Below are positions 1-10,672 of a stretch of 64,000 nt of DNA, piece after piece. The notes under the pieces were generated by a model, which was given only the letters and a program-made list of their open reading frames with translations, ran no database searches and had not been told where the DNA came from. Origin of the DNA: an uncultured Ilumatobacteraceae bacterium (GTDB lineage Bacteria; Actinomycetota; Acidimicrobiia; Acidimicrobiales; Ilumatobacteraceae). Every line of letters begins with the position of its first letter. Position 1 is the stretch's first letter. The position numbers were made by a program, and so were the translations under genes. Location of the stretch: NCBI GenBank assembly GCA_965660025.1, contig CBFHYI010000001.1:31906-95905 (forward strand), in the 5' to 3' direction.

Positions 1-577
1 GCAAGTTGAGGTGGGTGATCTTCGCTGCGGTGAAGAGGTTCGCTGCGCCGTTCGGGCACGCCGCAACACACGCACCGCACCCGATGCACTGAGCGGCATC
101 CATTGCAGCATCCGAAACAGGCTTCGGTACCGGAATGAGGTTGGCATCAGGAGCACCACCGGTTGCTGCAGTGATGTATCCACCAGCTTCGACGATGCGG
201 TCGAACGATGAACGATCAACCATCAGGTCGCGAATGATCGGAAAGGCACTTGCCCGCCACGGTTCAATGACGATGGTGTCACCCGACGAGAACTTGCGCA
301 TATGCAACTGGCATGTTGCCGTTCCACGCTCTGGGCCATGTGCCTGACCGTTAATCATTAACGAGCATGTTCCACAAATGCCCTCACGACAGTCATGGTC
401 GAACACGATCGCTTCTTTGCCATCTTCAATAAGACGCTCATTCAAGATGTCGATCATCTCAAGGAATGAAGCCTCATCAGTGATCTCTTCAATCGTGTGC
501 GTCTCGAACGAGCCGCTGGTGTTGGGCCCATCTTGGCGCCACACCCTGAGGGTCAGATTCTTCAGAGTATTGGTCAC
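1..577 (-). CDS. sdhB: succinate dehydrogenase/fumarate reductase iron-sulfur subunit, N-terminal part only (gene runs off the left edge)
   Basis: Own minus-strand translation from GTG 577 gives [31 protein letters not shown]...[23 protein letters not shown]...[20 protein letters not shown]. This shows CxxxxCxxC and CxxCxxCxxxCP Fe-S motifs. The GTG overlaps the sdhA stop (GTGA). It is absent from the ORF track because its stop lies outside the window. Confidence 0.85.
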   Translation of the reverse strand, partial: MTNTLKNLTLRVWRQDGPNTSGSFETHTIEEITDEASFLEMIDILNERLIEDGKEAIVFDHDCREGICGTCSLMINGQAHGPERGTATCQLHMRKFSSGDTIVIEPWRASAFPIIRDLMVDRSSFDRIVEAGGYITAATGGAPDANLIPVPKPVSDAAMDAAQCIGCGACVAACPNGAANLFTAAKITHLNL

Positions 578-2514
578 TTGTAGCTCCGTGTCTGGAAGTG
601 GACTTCCTCATAAACGAGATCTTCAACATGGCGGTTCGGCGCCATTGGATCGCCGGTGTTCTCCCATGCTGCGACGTGGGCGAAGTTGTCATCATCGCGA
701 AGGGCCTCGCCCTCTTCGGTTTGATATTCAGCCCGGAAGTGACCACCGCATGATTCTTTGCGATCGAGTGCGTCACGACACATCAACATGCCCAGTTCGA
801 AGAAATCTTCGACCCGTCCCGCTTTTTCAAGCGTCTGGTTGAGACCGTCGGTACCACCGGTGACCCGGAGGTCTTTCTTGAACTCTTCGTACAGCGCCGG
901 AATTTCACCAAGAGCCTTCTCAAGGCCGGCTTCGGTGCGCTCCATCCCGCAGTAGTCCCAAATGATCTTGCCGAGCTCACGGTGGAACCAGTCTGGTGAA
1001 CGGGTGCCGCCGACCGATGCGAAGCGGTTGTAACGGTCACGAGCCTCGTTCTCCACCTTGGCGAACTCTGGATGGCTGGTGTCAGGCACCGACTTATTAA
1101 GCCACTCGGAAAGATAATTCGAGATCGTGTACGGCAACACGAAGTAGCCGTCGGAGAGACCCTGCATCAACGCTGAAGCACCGAGACGGTTAGCGCCGTG
1201 GTCGGAGAAGTTTGCTTCACCGGCAGCGTAGAGACCTGGAATGGTCGTCATCAGTTCGTAGTCGACCCAAAGCCCGCCCATGGTGTAATGCGATGCCGGG
1301 TAGATACGCATCGGAACGTCATATGGGTTCTCACCAGTAATGCGCTCGTACATATCAAACAAGTTGCCGTAACGCTCGGCGACGGTGTCTCTGCCGAGTC
1401 GTCCGATGGCTTCACCAAAGTCGAGGTACACACCGTTTTGCTTCAGACCAACACCTTGACCGGCGTCAACCGCCCGCTTCGCCGCACGGGACGAAATATC
1501 ACGAGGCGCAAGGTTGCCAAAGCTCGGGTAGAGACGCTCGAGATAGTAGTCACGCTCGTCTTCAGGAATGAGGTGCGGTTCACGGTTATCGCCTGCAACC
1601 TTTGGCACCCAGACACGACCGTCGTTGCGGAGTGACTCTGACATGAGCGTGAGTTTTGACTGGAAGTCGTCGCTCTGCGGAATGCAGGTCGGGTGAATCT
1701 GCGTGTAACACGGGTTCGCGAAGAACGCTCCGCGCTTGTGAGCCCGCCATGCGGCCGTGACATTGCACGCCATTGCGTTAGTCGACAGGAAGAATGCGTT
1801 TCCGTAACCTCCGGTTGCGAGCACAACCGCATGAGCGGAGTGTGACGAGAGTTCACCCGTCATGAGGTCGCGGACCACGATGCCCGCTGCGCGTCCCTCG
1901 ATCACCACGACATCAACGAGTTCACTGCGGTTGAAGAGACGGACACCTCCCTGGCCGACCTGGCGAGCGAGCTGCTGATAGGCACCGAGCAACAACTGCT
2001 GACCGGTCTGCCCACGGGCATAGAAGGTGCGGCTCACCTGAGCCCCACCGAACGAACGGTTGTCAAGCATGCCGCCGTATTCACGAGCGAACGGAACACC
2101 CTGAGCAACCATCTGGTCGATGATGTTGACCGACACTTCAGCCAAGCGATGCACGTTTGACTCACGGGAACGGAAGTCGCCTCCCTTGATGGTGTCGTAG
2201 AACAAGCGGTGAACCGAGTCACCATCGCCGCGATAGTTCTTTGCGGCGTTGATACCGCCCTGAGCTGCAATCGAGTGGGCTCGGCGGGGCGAGTCATGGA
2301 ACGTAAAGGCGTCGACCTGGTAGCCAAGCTCGGCGAGCGTTGCCGCAGCCGAGGCACCAGCAAGACCGGTGCCGACGACGATGACCTTGAACTTCCGCTT
2401 GTTAGCCGGGTTCACCAACTTTTCATTGGCTTTAAAGTTCTGCCATTTGTCGGCCAGTGGCCCTTCAGGCGTTTTCGAATCGAGAATTGAACTCATGTCT
2501 GACTGTCTCCTCAA
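574..2514 (-). CDS. sdhA: succinate dehydrogenase/fumarate reductase flavoprotein subunit
   Basis: 646-aa ORF with FAD fold [14 protein letters not shown] and covalent-FAD His context [14 protein letters not shown]. It lies between the cytochrome b and Fe-S subunit genes. Confidence 0.95.
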   Translation of the reverse strand: MRRQSDMSSILDSKTPEGPLADKWQNFKANEKLVNPANKRKFKVIVVGTGLAGASAAATLAELGYQVDAFTFHDSPRRAHSIAAQGGINAAKNYRGDGDSVHRLFYDTIKGGDFRSRESNVHRLAEVSVNIIDQMVAQGVPFAREYGGMLDNRSFGGAQVSRTFYARGQTGQQLLLGAYQQLARQVGQGGVRLFNRSELVDVVVIEGRAAGIVVRDLMTGELSSHSAHAVVLATGGYGNAFFLSTNAMACNVTAAWRAHKRGAFFANPCYTQIHPTCIPQSDDFQSKLTLMSESLRNDGRVWVPKVAGDNREPHLIPEDERDYYLERLYPSFGNLAPRDISSRAAKRAVDAGQGVGLKQNGVYLDFGEAIGRLGRDTVAERYGNLFDMYERITGENPYDVPMRIYPASHYTMGGLWVDYELMTTIPGLYAAGEANFSDHGANRLGASALMQGLSDGYFVLPYTISNYLSEWLNKSVPDTSHPEFAKVENEARDRYNRFASVGGTRSPDWFHRELGKIIWDYCGMERTEAGLEKALGEIPALYEEFKKDLRVTGGTDGLNQTLEKAGRVEDFFELGMLMCRDALDRKESCGGHFRAEYQTEEGEALRDDDNFAHVAAWENTGDPMAPNRHVEDLVYEEVHFQTRSYK

Positions 2515-2520
2515 CGTTTC

Positions 2521-3312
2521 CTATGAGAGCGGCTGGAAGCTGATGACTCCGGCGAGAGTCATGATCGGGAATGACACATTTCCGACGACCACTGCGGCCG
2601 CAATTCCGGTTGCAATCCCCTTGCGCCAGCGATTGAACCGGGGGTTATTCCATCCCATTGACTGGAATAGGCTCCACACACCGTGGAACAAGTGAATTCC
2701 TAGTGCAATATTCGCAGCGATGTAGAGCGCAGCGACGGGAATACGAGAAAGGCTTGCATCAAGGTTTCGGTAGATCGCGCCATACTCGAACCCTGGGTTC
2801 AACCATCCCCATGTGAGGTCGGCGAGATGCCACGCGATGAACACGAGCACGAGAACACCTGACCAGCGCATCGTGCGACTCGCAAAGTTTGCTATCTGGT
2901 AGTCACGAGCACCTTGATACTTCACCGGACGTGCGTTTCGATTGAGCACGGTAAGCGACCATGCAGCATGAAGGTGGAGGACCACTGCTCCGATCAACAG
3001 GAGGCGCAACCCCCAGAGGGCATAGCCATGCGGCAAGATCGGCACGAGCAGTTCACGGAGGAATTCGCCGTAGACGTCGATGTCATACACCTGCTCACCG
3101 TTGTGTTCGATCACACCGAGATACGCCTTGAGGTTGCCAACCATGTGACCGATGATGAATGCGACACCGATGATGCCGGTGATCGCCATCACATACTTCT
3201 TGCCGACTGCGGTTGAGTAATAGTCAACAAGGAATGGTTTACGGCGGGACCGTTTCTTCACGGCGGTCCCGGTTACCGGTCCGCGCTGGAAAGTCTGCGA
3301 CATGGTCCTCAC
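2521..3312 (-). CDS. sdhC: succinate dehydrogenase cytochrome b (b558-type single membrane anchor)
   Basis: 263-aa polytopic membrane ORF ending 6 nt upstream of sdhA. It has several hydrophobic helices containing His residues. Position and size fit single-subunit dihaem anchors. Confidence 0.75.
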   Translation of the reverse strand: MRTMSQTFQRGPVTGTAVKKRSRRKPFLVDYYSTAVGKKYVMAITGIIGVAFIIGHMVGNLKAYLGVIEHNGEQVYDIDVYGEFLRELLVPILPHGYALWGLRLLLIGAVVLHLHAAWSLTVLNRNARPVKYQGARDYQIANFASRTMRWSGVLVLVFIAWHLADLTWGWLNPGFEYGAIYRNLDASLSRIPVAALYIAANIALGIHLFHGVWSLFQSMGWNNPRFNRWRKGIATGIAAAVVVGNVSFPIMTLAGVISFQPLS

Positions 3313-3367
3313 GCTAGTTCCCCAGACCCTCTCTCAACACAATCGACAGGTACCTGTTTTCTAGAAC

Positions 3368-3829
3368 TTACGATTCGCCGTTTACGCCGGCACCCTTCAC
3401 TGCGTGCGGGCCGAAGGTTGTTTGGCACGATCGACACCAAAACGCCTGTTCAAGTTCAGTGCCACAAGGGGCGTGAACGAGTGTTGTCTCGCTTGATACC
3501 TCTTGTGAATATTCCTCACTCCATCTCACGAGAGCAACTAGCGCTGGTGACAGCGCCAGGCCAGCTTCGGTTAATCGATATTCGTATCGGACCGGCTTGT
3601 CTTGATATTTCACTCGTTCAAAGATGCCGAATTTGACCAGCCGCCGAAGTCGCTCGGTCAGCACAGGACGGGCAATTCCAAGGTCATCACAAAAATCATC
3701 GAAACGACGGATGCCTCTCAATCCGGCTCGAACCAACAAAATCGACCAGCGATCGCCAACGACGCGAAGGGTCTCTTCAATCGCGGATCCGGGTTGACCT
3801 TGCTGGTTCATTACTCCCTGAAGGTACAC
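3368..3829 (-). CDS. HxlR-family winged-helix transcriptional regulator
   Basis: RWSILLVRAGLRGIRRFDDFCDDLGIARPVLTERLRRLVKFGIFERVKYQDKPVRYEYRLTEAG is a typical HxlR core. The start is uncertain: GTG 3829 or ATG 3811. Confidence 0.8.
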   Translation of the reverse strand: MYLQGVMNQQGQPGSAIEETLRVVGDRWSILLVRAGLRGIRRFDDFCDDLGIARPVLTERLRRLVKFGIFERVKYQDKPVRYEYRLTEAGLALSPALVALVRWSEEYSQEVSSETTLVHAPCGTELEQAFWCRSCQTTFGPHAVKGAGVNGES

Positions 3830-3891
3830 CGCACTTCAGACTCAAAACTACTGAGTTCGGATTTCGAACTCAGTCTCGCTACAGTTGTGTT

Positions 3892-6324
3892 ATGAAACCT
3901 GTTGCCATCTCGGTAACCAGCGGCGGAGCGTCGACGAACGACCTCAGTGCTGCTGCTGCCAACATCATGACCCTCGAATTCGACGCCCTAATGCAACGAG
4001 CGTCCGAAGTGCGAGATTCGATGTATGGCTCCCGCCTGACGTACTCACCGAAAGTCTTCATCCCGCTCACCATGCTGTGTCGTGACTCGTGCGGCTACTG
4101 CACGTTCGCGCAACCTCCTGCCCGGCTTGAGCAACCGTTCCTCTCTCCTGACGACGTCCTCGCAATTGCGAAACAAGGTGCCCGTAATGGTTGCCATGAA
4201 GCACTCTTCACCTTGGGTGAGGCACCCGAAGATCGCTATGACGTCGCACGTGAATGGTTGACCGAGCGTGGCTACGACTCAACAATTCACTACCTGCATG
4301 ACATGGCCCAACTGGTGCTCGATGAGACAGGCCTCCTCCCCCACGCCAACGCTGGAGCGATCTCCGCAGACGAACTCAACATGCTCCGCGGCGTCTCGCC
4401 AAGCCAAGGGATGATGGTCGAAACATTGCGCGGCGATCTCGCCTGCCATCGTGGCGCTCCTGACAAGACTCCTGAACGCCGACTGGCAACTCTGGAGGCT
4501 GCCGGAGAACTTGCCATTCCGTTCACCTCAGGCATCCTCGTCGGCATCGGCGAAACCCGAGCAGACCGACTCGCCGCTCTCGACGCCATCGTTGCCTCTC
4601 ATGAACGGCACGGGCATGTACAAGAAGTCATCGTTCAAAATTTCTTGCCGAAACCCGGAACGGGTATGCGCAACGAACCGGCGTGTCCGACCGACGAATA
4701 TCTCTGGACGATTGCCGCAGCTCGAGTTCTGTTGCCTGCAGAAATTCACCTTCAGGCCCCACCAAACCTCTCCGACGACATCGGTCAACTCATCGATGCA
4801 GGAATCGATGACTGGGGTGGCGTCTCACCGGTGACCTCAGATCACGTGAACCCAGAGCGCCCATGGCCAGAACTCGACCGTCTGCGGTCGATCACCGAAG
4901 ACCGCGGGTATTCCCTTGCGCCTCGACTCACCGCCCACCCCGAATACGTGCTCGATCCGGAGAAATGGATTGACGAAGGCTTGCGATTCGCCGTTCTCGA
5001 CCGATCTGATGCAGAGGGCCTGGGCCGCGATGACCCAGGAGCGATATGGCCTGAAAAGACCACCGCCGCAGACGTCGTGCACGACGGCGCCGAGGTGGTG
5101 TTAATCGGGCATCGCTCCACCACGTGGTACGCAGGCGCAACAAACCCACCGACCACGTTGATTCCGGGTCGCTCGTCAACCGCTGCCGACTCCCCGATAC
5201 AGCGCGTGCTCGACGCTGTTGCGGCAGAGGAACAACTCACCGAAGACGACATTGTGACGCTGTTTTCAGCTCGCGGCCCAGAGGTCAACGCGATTGCTGA
5301 AGTCGCCGACCAACTCCGGCACGAAGCTGTCGGTGACACCGTCACGTGGGTGCACAACCGCAACATCAACTACACCAACGTCTGCACTTTCAAATGCCGA
5401 TTCTGCGGGTTCTCAAAAGGGCCAATGTCACTCAACCTGCGAGGCACCCCCTACTTGCTCACCCTCGATGACATCGCCGAACGAGCCCGCGAAGCCGAAG
5501 AACTCGGAGCTACCGAGGTCACATTGCAAGGGGGAATTCACCCCGACTTCGACGGCGACTACTACATCGATGTCACCCATGCCGTCCGCAGCGCCGCCCC
5601 CTCGATTCACGTGCACGGGTTCACCGCTCTCGAAATCACCGAGGGAGCAAAACGCCTCGGAGAAGATCTGGTGACATATCTCGGCCGCCTGAAAGAAGCC
5701 GGCCTGTCTTCGCTGCCCGGCACCGCAGCGGAAATCCTCGATGACACCGTTCGAGCCGAGTTGTGCCCCGACAAGATCACAACCGCCGAATGGCTTGACT
5801 GCCACGCCGCAGCACACGAGGTCGGTCTCGGCTCAAACGTGACAATGATGTTCGGTTCAATCGAACACCCCCGGTCATGGGCAAAACACTTCATCGTGAC
5901 GAGAGATCTCCAAGCGGTCACTGGCGGATTCACCGAGTTTGTCGGTCTGCCCTTCGTTCACATGGCATCACCGATTTACCTGCAACACAAGGCGCGACGT
6001 GGCCCCACATTTAGAGAGACCTTGCTGATTCACGCGGTTGCCCGCATTGTGTACCGAGGCCTCATCGACAACATCCAACTGTCGTGGGTGAAACTCGGCG
6101 AACACGCAAGCCGGCAACTCTTGAACTCGGGCTGTAATGACCTTGGTGGAACCCTGATGGATGAGAACATTTCTCGAGCCGCTGGCGCCTCGCATGGCCA
6201 AGGAATGACAGCGAACGACTTTTCGCATCTTGTCGAACCCCTTGGTCGTCGTCTTGCGCAGCGAACAACCTCCTACGGTAGGGCTGACCAGCCAAACGCC
6301 ATATTCGAAGAATCTTTGTCGTAA
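3892..6324 (+). CDS. fbiC: bifunctional FO synthase (CofG+CofH fusion) for coenzyme F420 biosynthesis
   Basis: 810-aa ORF with two radical-SAM halves, each carrying CxxxCxxC (CRDSCGYC and CTFKCRFC). The fused architecture is typical of actinobacterial FbiC. Confidence 0.9.
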   Translation: MKPVAISVTSGGASTNDLSAAAANIMTLEFDALMQRASEVRDSMYGSRLTYSPKVFIPLTMLCRDSCGYCTFAQPPARLEQPFLSPDDVLAIAKQGARNGCHEALFTLGEAPEDRYDVAREWLTERGYDSTIHYLHDMAQLVLDETGLLPHANAGAISADELNMLRGVSPSQGMMVETLRGDLACHRGAPDKTPERRLATLEAAGELAIPFTSGILVGIGETRADRLAALDAIVASHERHGHVQEVIVQNFLPKPGTGMRNEPACPTDEYLWTIAAARVLLPAEIHLQAPPNLSDDIGQLIDAGIDDWGGVSPVTSDHVNPERPWPELDRLRSITEDRGYSLAPRLTAHPEYVLDPEKWIDEGLRFAVLDRSDAEGLGRDDPGAIWPEKTTAADVVHDGAEVVLIGHRSTTWYAGATNPPTTLIPGRSSTAADSPIQRVLDAVAAEEQLTEDDIVTLFSARGPEVNAIAEVADQLRHEAVGDTVTWVHNRNINYTNVCTFKCRFCGFSKGPMSLNLRGTPYLLTLDDIAERAREAEELGATEVTLQGGIHPDFDGDYYIDVTHAVRSAAPSIHVHGFTALEITEGAKRLGEDLVTYLGRLKEAGLSSLPGTAAEILDDTVRAELCPDKITTAEWLDCHAAAHEVGLGSNVTMMFGSIEHPRSWAKHFIVTRDLQAVTGGFTEFVGLPFVHMASPIYLQHKARRGPTFRETLLIHAVARIVYRGLIDNIQLSWVKLGEHASRQLLNSGCNDLGGTLMDENISRAAGASHGQGMTANDFSHLVEPLGRRLAQRTTSYGRADQPNAIFEESLS

Positions 6325-6411
6325 GGGTCGAAACGGCCTAACATCTCTTCGTTACATTTTGGTCGTCCAATAGGTGGCGTCCATCAAGGCCCAACAGGAG
6401 GCACTTTTACC

Positions 6412-8502
6412 GTGGATATGATCCCCTACCTCGCCGCGGCATCGGCAATCGCCGCACTCGCATTAGCGGCGTTCTTCTATAAAGCCGTTGAGGCAGCACC
6501 TCCCGGTGATGACCGCATGGTCTTTTTGATGACCGAAATCCAAAAAGGCGCACGAGCCTTCCTTTATAAGGAGTACTCCTGGGTCGCAATTTTTGTTGTT
6601 GCGCTGGCGATTGTGCTCGCAATTGTCATCGCACCATTGGCTGCGGTCTCCTACATCCTCGGTGCATTGCTGTCGGCCGGAGCCGGATTCATCGGTATGA
6701 CCGTTGCAACGATGGCGAACGCCCGCACTGCGGAGGCAGCAAAGTCGGGAGCAGGCAAAGCACTTCCGGTGGCCTTCCGGGGTGGAGCCGTCATGGGATT
6801 CACCGTGGCAGGCCTCGCGCTGCTTGGCCTGATGTTCACCTACCTGTTGTTCGTCGTCTGGCTCGAGGTTGATCAAGCTTTCGAAATCGTCACGGCGTTC
6901 GGCCTCGGCGGTTCCTCCATCGCCCTCTTCAGCCGTGTCGGCGGTGGCATCTACACCAAGGCTGCTGACGTCGGAGCCGACCTTGTCGGCAAGGTTGAAG
7001 CAGGTATCCCTGAGGATGATCCTCGTAACCCAGCAACGATCGCTGACAACGTGGGTGACAACGTTGGAGACGTCGCAGGAATGGGCGCCGACCTCTTCGA
7101 GTCATACGCCGGTTCGATCATTGCCCCAATTTCGTTGATTGCATTTGCCGGTGCAGGCGGGCTGACGGCAACAGGCATCAAAACCGACCAGGCTGATTTC
7201 GTGTCGTACCTCATGTTCCCGGTTGCTATTGCGTTCCTCGGAATGGTCGCCTCGATTATCGGCTCATTCTTCGTGAAGTCCGGAGACTCAACCGACAGCC
7301 ACGCGTTGTCGCGAGCCCTTCACCGCGGGACCAACATCGCAATGGGTCTCACCATCATCGCAACCGTTATTGCGGCGTACATGATCTTCGATGTCGATAA
7401 GCCGTGGGGCATCGCAGTGTCGGTGATCGGCGGACTCATCGTCGGTTGGGCGCTTGGCAAGACCGCCGAGTACTACACCTCTGACGCATTTTCGCCTGTC
7501 AAGAAAATTGCAAACCAGTCAGAAACAGGGCCGGCAACAACTGTGCTCTCAGGTGTTTCCACCGGCATGGTGTCAGTTGCCGCATCGGTCATACTCATCC
7601 TTGTTGGCGTGCTCGTCGCATGGTGGGGTGGCGATATGTCATTCGGTGACGCTCAAATTCCTGGCGGAATTTACGGAATCGCCGTAGCTGCAATCGGCAT
7701 GCTCGCAACGACAGGCGTCGTGGTCTCGGTCGATGCTTACGGCCCAATTTCAGACAACGCCGGTGGCATTGCCGAAATGGCGCACCTCGACCCATCAGTT
7801 CGTAAAGTGACCGACGCTCTCGACAGCTTGGGCAACACCACCGCTGCAATCGCAAAGGGCTTCGCCGTTGGTTCGGCAGCGCTTACCGCACTCGCACTCT
7901 TCAAGAGCTTCGAGTACGCAATTGCTGCTGCAGGTGGATCGCTCGACCTCAACATTGGCGAAGTTGATGCATTCATCGGACTCTTCCTTGGTGCAGGACT
8001 CCCATTCCTGTTCGCTGCCCTCACGATCGATGCCGTCGGTCGAGCAGCCAACAAGATGATCGAGGAAGTGCGTCGACAGTTCCGCGACATTCCTGGTCTC
8101 CGCGAAGGCAAGGAAGGCGTTATTCCTGACTCCGCACGATGCGTCGCCATCTCGACCGAGGCTTCGCTGAAGGAAATGATCGTTCCAGGTGCACTCGCGG
8201 TCGTCGTCCCTCTCGTCACCGGGTTCATCTCCGTCAACGCTCTTGGCGCCATGCTCGCTGGTGTTCTCGTGAGCGGGTTCGCCATCGCGATCTACATGGC
8301 GAATGCAGGCGGCGCATGGGACAACGCAAAGAAGTACATCGAAGCTGGCAACCACGGCGGTAAGGGCTCAGAGGCCCACAAGGCCGCCGTCGTCGGAGAC
8401 ACCGTTGGTGACCCGTTCAAGGACACATCCGGGCCAGCGATGAATATTCTCATCAAAGTGATGACCATTGTCGCTTTGGTGTTCGCCAGCGCATTCGTCT
8501 GA
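6412..8502 (+). CDS. hppA: membrane-bound ion-translocating pyrophosphatase
   Basis: 696-aa polytopic ORF with [27 protein letters not shown] and [14 protein letters not shown] motifs. The GNTTAA signature suggests, from memory, the K+-dependent subfamily. GTG start lies 10 nt after CAGGAGG. Confidence 0.95.
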   Translation: MDMIPYLAAASAIAALALAAFFYKAVEAAPPGDDRMVFLMTEIQKGARAFLYKEYSWVAIFVVALAIVLAIVIAPLAAVSYILGALLSAGAGFIGMTVATMANARTAEAAKSGAGKALPVAFRGGAVMGFTVAGLALLGLMFTYLLFVVWLEVDQAFEIVTAFGLGGSSIALFSRVGGGIYTKAADVGADLVGKVEAGIPEDDPRNPATIADNVGDNVGDVAGMGADLFESYAGSIIAPISLIAFAGAGGLTATGIKTDQADFVSYLMFPVAIAFLGMVASIIGSFFVKSGDSTDSHALSRALHRGTNIAMGLTIIATVIAAYMIFDVDKPWGIAVSVIGGLIVGWALGKTAEYYTSDAFSPVKKIANQSETGPATTVLSGVSTGMVSVAASVILILVGVLVAWWGGDMSFGDAQIPGGIYGIAVAAIGMLATTGVVVSVDAYGPISDNAGGIAEMAHLDPSVRKVTDALDSLGNTTAAIAKGFAVGSAALTALALFKSFEYAIAAAGGSLDLNIGEVDAFIGLFLGAGLPFLFAALTIDAVGRAANKMIEEVRRQFRDIPGLREGKEGVIPDSARCVAISTEASLKEMIVPGALAVVVPLVTGFISVNALGAMLAGVLVSGFAIAIYMANAGGAWDNAKKYIEAGNHGGKGSEAHKAAVVGDTVGDPFKDTSGPAMNILIKVMTIVALVFASAFV

Positions 8503-8528
8503 TCCTGTACAGACGTTAAGCACTGTCA

Positions 8529-8567
8529 GTGGCGGTGGGGCTCAGCCCCACCGCCACTTTCGTTTTC
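8529..8567 (+). terminator. rho-independent terminator after hppA
   Basis: Perfect 13-bp stem GTGGCGGTGGGGC-TCA-GCCCCACCGCCAC followed by TTTCGTTTTC. It sits in the convergent gap between hppA and the next gene. Confidence 0.8.
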
Positions 8568-8594
8568 AGTCACTGAACCAAGAACACCCGGGTT

Positions 8595-9419
8595 CTACGC
8601 CTCGGCGGCAACAAAATCGATGAGTTGCTCAACTGCCCCAACAAGTGACGACTCAAGGTCGGCGAACGACGACACCGAATTGCGCAATTTCGGCCAAAAT
8701 CCGTCGAGTTCGACTCCGATTGCGTCGCATACTCCTTGCTTCCAGGGAATGCCTTTCGGAACATTGGGCCACGCATCGAGGCCAATCGTTCGTGGACGTA
8801 TTCCTGCCCAGACATCAACGAACGGGTGGCCAGTAATCAACACATGTTCTTCCACCACCGAGTCTGCAATGCGTTGCTCCTTCGACCCATCAACAAGATG
8901 ATCGAGCAACACACCGAGACGACGGTCTGCGGTTGGTGCAAATTCGCGGACTCTCAGAGCAAGGTCGTCGGCGCCATGCATCGGTTCAACAACGATGCCA
9001 AGTTCACGCAACTCCTCTCCCCAGACATATTCGAGAAGCTCTGCGTCGTGGGTTCCTTCCACCCAGATTCGGTGCGGTTGTGCAACCCTCGCTCTCGATG
9101 CTCCATTCGACCTGTCGTCGATGAAGCCTCCAGCTGCTGAGACGTTCTGAGTAAGTACAGGAGTCGCCTCAGGGCGTTTCAGGGTCACCGGCTTACCATC
9201 GACTAGGAACCCGCCAGGTTTCCACGTGAAGTGGCGCAATTGTTGTTGGCGATCACGCAACGTGACCCCCTCGAACGACCACCGAACAACATCGCCGACA
9301 AAGCCGCTCGACCGGTCTTCGACGACCATGCCAGCATCGGTCGTTACTGTCGGATACGTCGGTCGGCGACGATCCTCATCGAATTCGTCGAGTATGTCTC
9401 GGGCGCCTCCGGCTGGCAT
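8595..9419 (-). CDS. conserved actinobacterial hypothetical protein (possibly DUF3097-like)
   Basis: 274-aa ORF with coding-like composition. The family name is from memory of similar about 270-aa actinobacterial proteins and is not verified. Confidence 0.6.
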   Translation of the reverse strand: MPAGGARDILDEFDEDRRRPTYPTVTTDAGMVVEDRSSGFVGDVVRWSFEGVTLRDRQQQLRHFTWKPGGFLVDGKPVTLKRPEATPVLTQNVSAAGGFIDDRSNGASRARVAQPHRIWVEGTHDAELLEYVWGEELRELGIVVEPMHGADDLALRVREFAPTADRRLGVLLDHLVDGSKEQRIADSVVEEHVLITGHPFVDVWAGIRPRTIGLDAWPNVPKGIPWKQGVCDAIGVELDGFWPKLRNSVSSFADLESSLVGAVEQLIDFVAAEA

Positions 9420-9499
9420 CCCTCCAGCGTGCCAGAGGGAGCCAATGTGTTGGTGGCATCGTCTAATGACTCATGAAGAGTCGACAGCGTTTTCGAACC

Positions 9500-10204
9500 T
9501 CAGGTCGTTCCATCGCGGCGTTCGCCGGCGCACTCGCCCTCACCGGATGCCGACTGAATGACCTGAGACCACCCGTGTTCATCCAAACTGAAGGTCCACA
9601 GCGATGCCTCAGGTGTCTGGAAGATGACATCAGCCTCGTGGCCTGATGTGCGCGACATCACCCTCTTAGGGGCGTCGGACCCGAGCGTCCACCAACGATG
9701 GCATCTCCATGCAGAAACCTCATCGAGCCCAAACGATGAACGCCCCTCCACCTCAACGACCCCGTGCACAACCCCAGACTGCTCGTACCCATGTTCTTCA
9801 GCGACCGACGCTGAGGGGCTTACTGCGTACCATTCGAGATCTGACGCAATCGCAGTCGGCATGCCGTACCCCAATCCCTTGAGGTCGGTGGGGTCATCAA
9901 TCGCAGTCGCTCGAGACTCGTTCGACACGGTCCATTGCTCATGCGGAGATTCGCAAACATGTTCAGCCCATAACAGCGCACCTTTCATGAGGCCGTCTGT
10001 CGTCCGCATCGGAATTTCCCAATCGGCAATATGCAACAACTTCTCACCCGGAGCGATCCACGCCCACCAATATCCGAGGAGTCGTTGCACCGGGTCAGAG
10101 CGATGTCCGCAGATGCCTCCGGCGCCACCGGGCACCCACCAACCAAACCACCATTCATCGATACAACCCTCATGCAGGCTCTCTTCGACCGGTTCGATGT
10201 CCAC
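9500..10204 (-). CDS. hypothetical Trp-rich protein
   Basis: 234-aa ORF (WWFGWWVPGG, GYWWAWIAPG, CHRWW). No motif I can assign. Confidence 0.55.
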   Translation of the reverse strand: MDIEPVEESLHEGCIDEWWFGWWVPGGAGGICGHRSDPVQRLLGYWWAWIAPGEKLLHIADWEIPMRTTDGLMKGALLWAEHVCESPHEQWTVSNESRATAIDDPTDLKGLGYGMPTAIASDLEWYAVSPSASVAEEHGYEQSGVVHGVVEVEGRSSFGLDEVSAWRCHRWWTLGSDAPKRVMSRTSGHEADVIFQTPEASLWTFSLDEHGWSQVIQSASGEGECAGERRDGTT

Positions 10205-10225
10205 ACGCGGCAGAATAGGACTCCT

Positions 10226-10651
10226 GTGAGCACCGATGACAATTACAACGAAGAGATGATCGACTATCTCTCACTCGCCTGGATACGCGAACTCAGTCGC
10301 GAGGTTCGTGAGAGTGCCGAGCTTGCTGATCTCGCAACTCGCCACTCAATCGGCGTCACTCAGGTGGTGGAAGATGCCCCGGAAGGCGACGTGACCTACC
10401 ACCTCCAGGTTGCTGACGGTATTGCCGCCTTTGGCGCAGGCCCCGCCGACCCTGAAAATGTCAAAATGCAGCAAAGTTATGAGACTGCAGTTGCGGTTGC
10501 GACCGGCGAACTCAATGCTCAAGAAGCGTTTGTGACGGGGAAGATTCTGCTCTTCGGTGACCGCGAGGCGCTGATGGGTGCCCAAGAGGTGTTCGCTGCA
10601 CTCGATGCAGTGTTCAACACGGTGCGGATACGCACTCGCTACCTCGCGTAA
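10226..10651 (+). CDS. SCP2 sterol-carrier-like domain protein
   Basis: C-terminal YETAVAVATGELNAQEAFVTGKILLFGDREALMGAQEVFAAL is typical of SCP2 domains. I trimmed the ORF-track start (10031) to in-frame GTG 10226 (or ATG 10256), because the longer form overlaps the divergent gene. Confidence 0.65.
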   Translation: MSTDDNYNEEMIDYLSLAWIRELSREVRESAELADLATRHSIGVTQVVEDAPEGDVTYHLQVADGIAAFGAGPADPENVKMQQSYETAVAVATGELNAQEAFVTGKILLFGDREALMGAQEVFAALDAVFNTVRIRTRYLA

Positions 10652-10672
10652 GTCCTCGCCTAGTCTTTCCAC

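Noticed and set aside
7737-8355. Two overlapping about 185-aa minus-strand ORFs
   Set aside because: Both are antisense to the pyrophosphatase gene hppA. These are shadow ORFs.
10031-10225. N-terminal extension of the SCP2-domain ORF
   Set aside because: It overlaps the divergent 9500..10204 gene almost completely. The SCP2 domain starts after GTG 10226.
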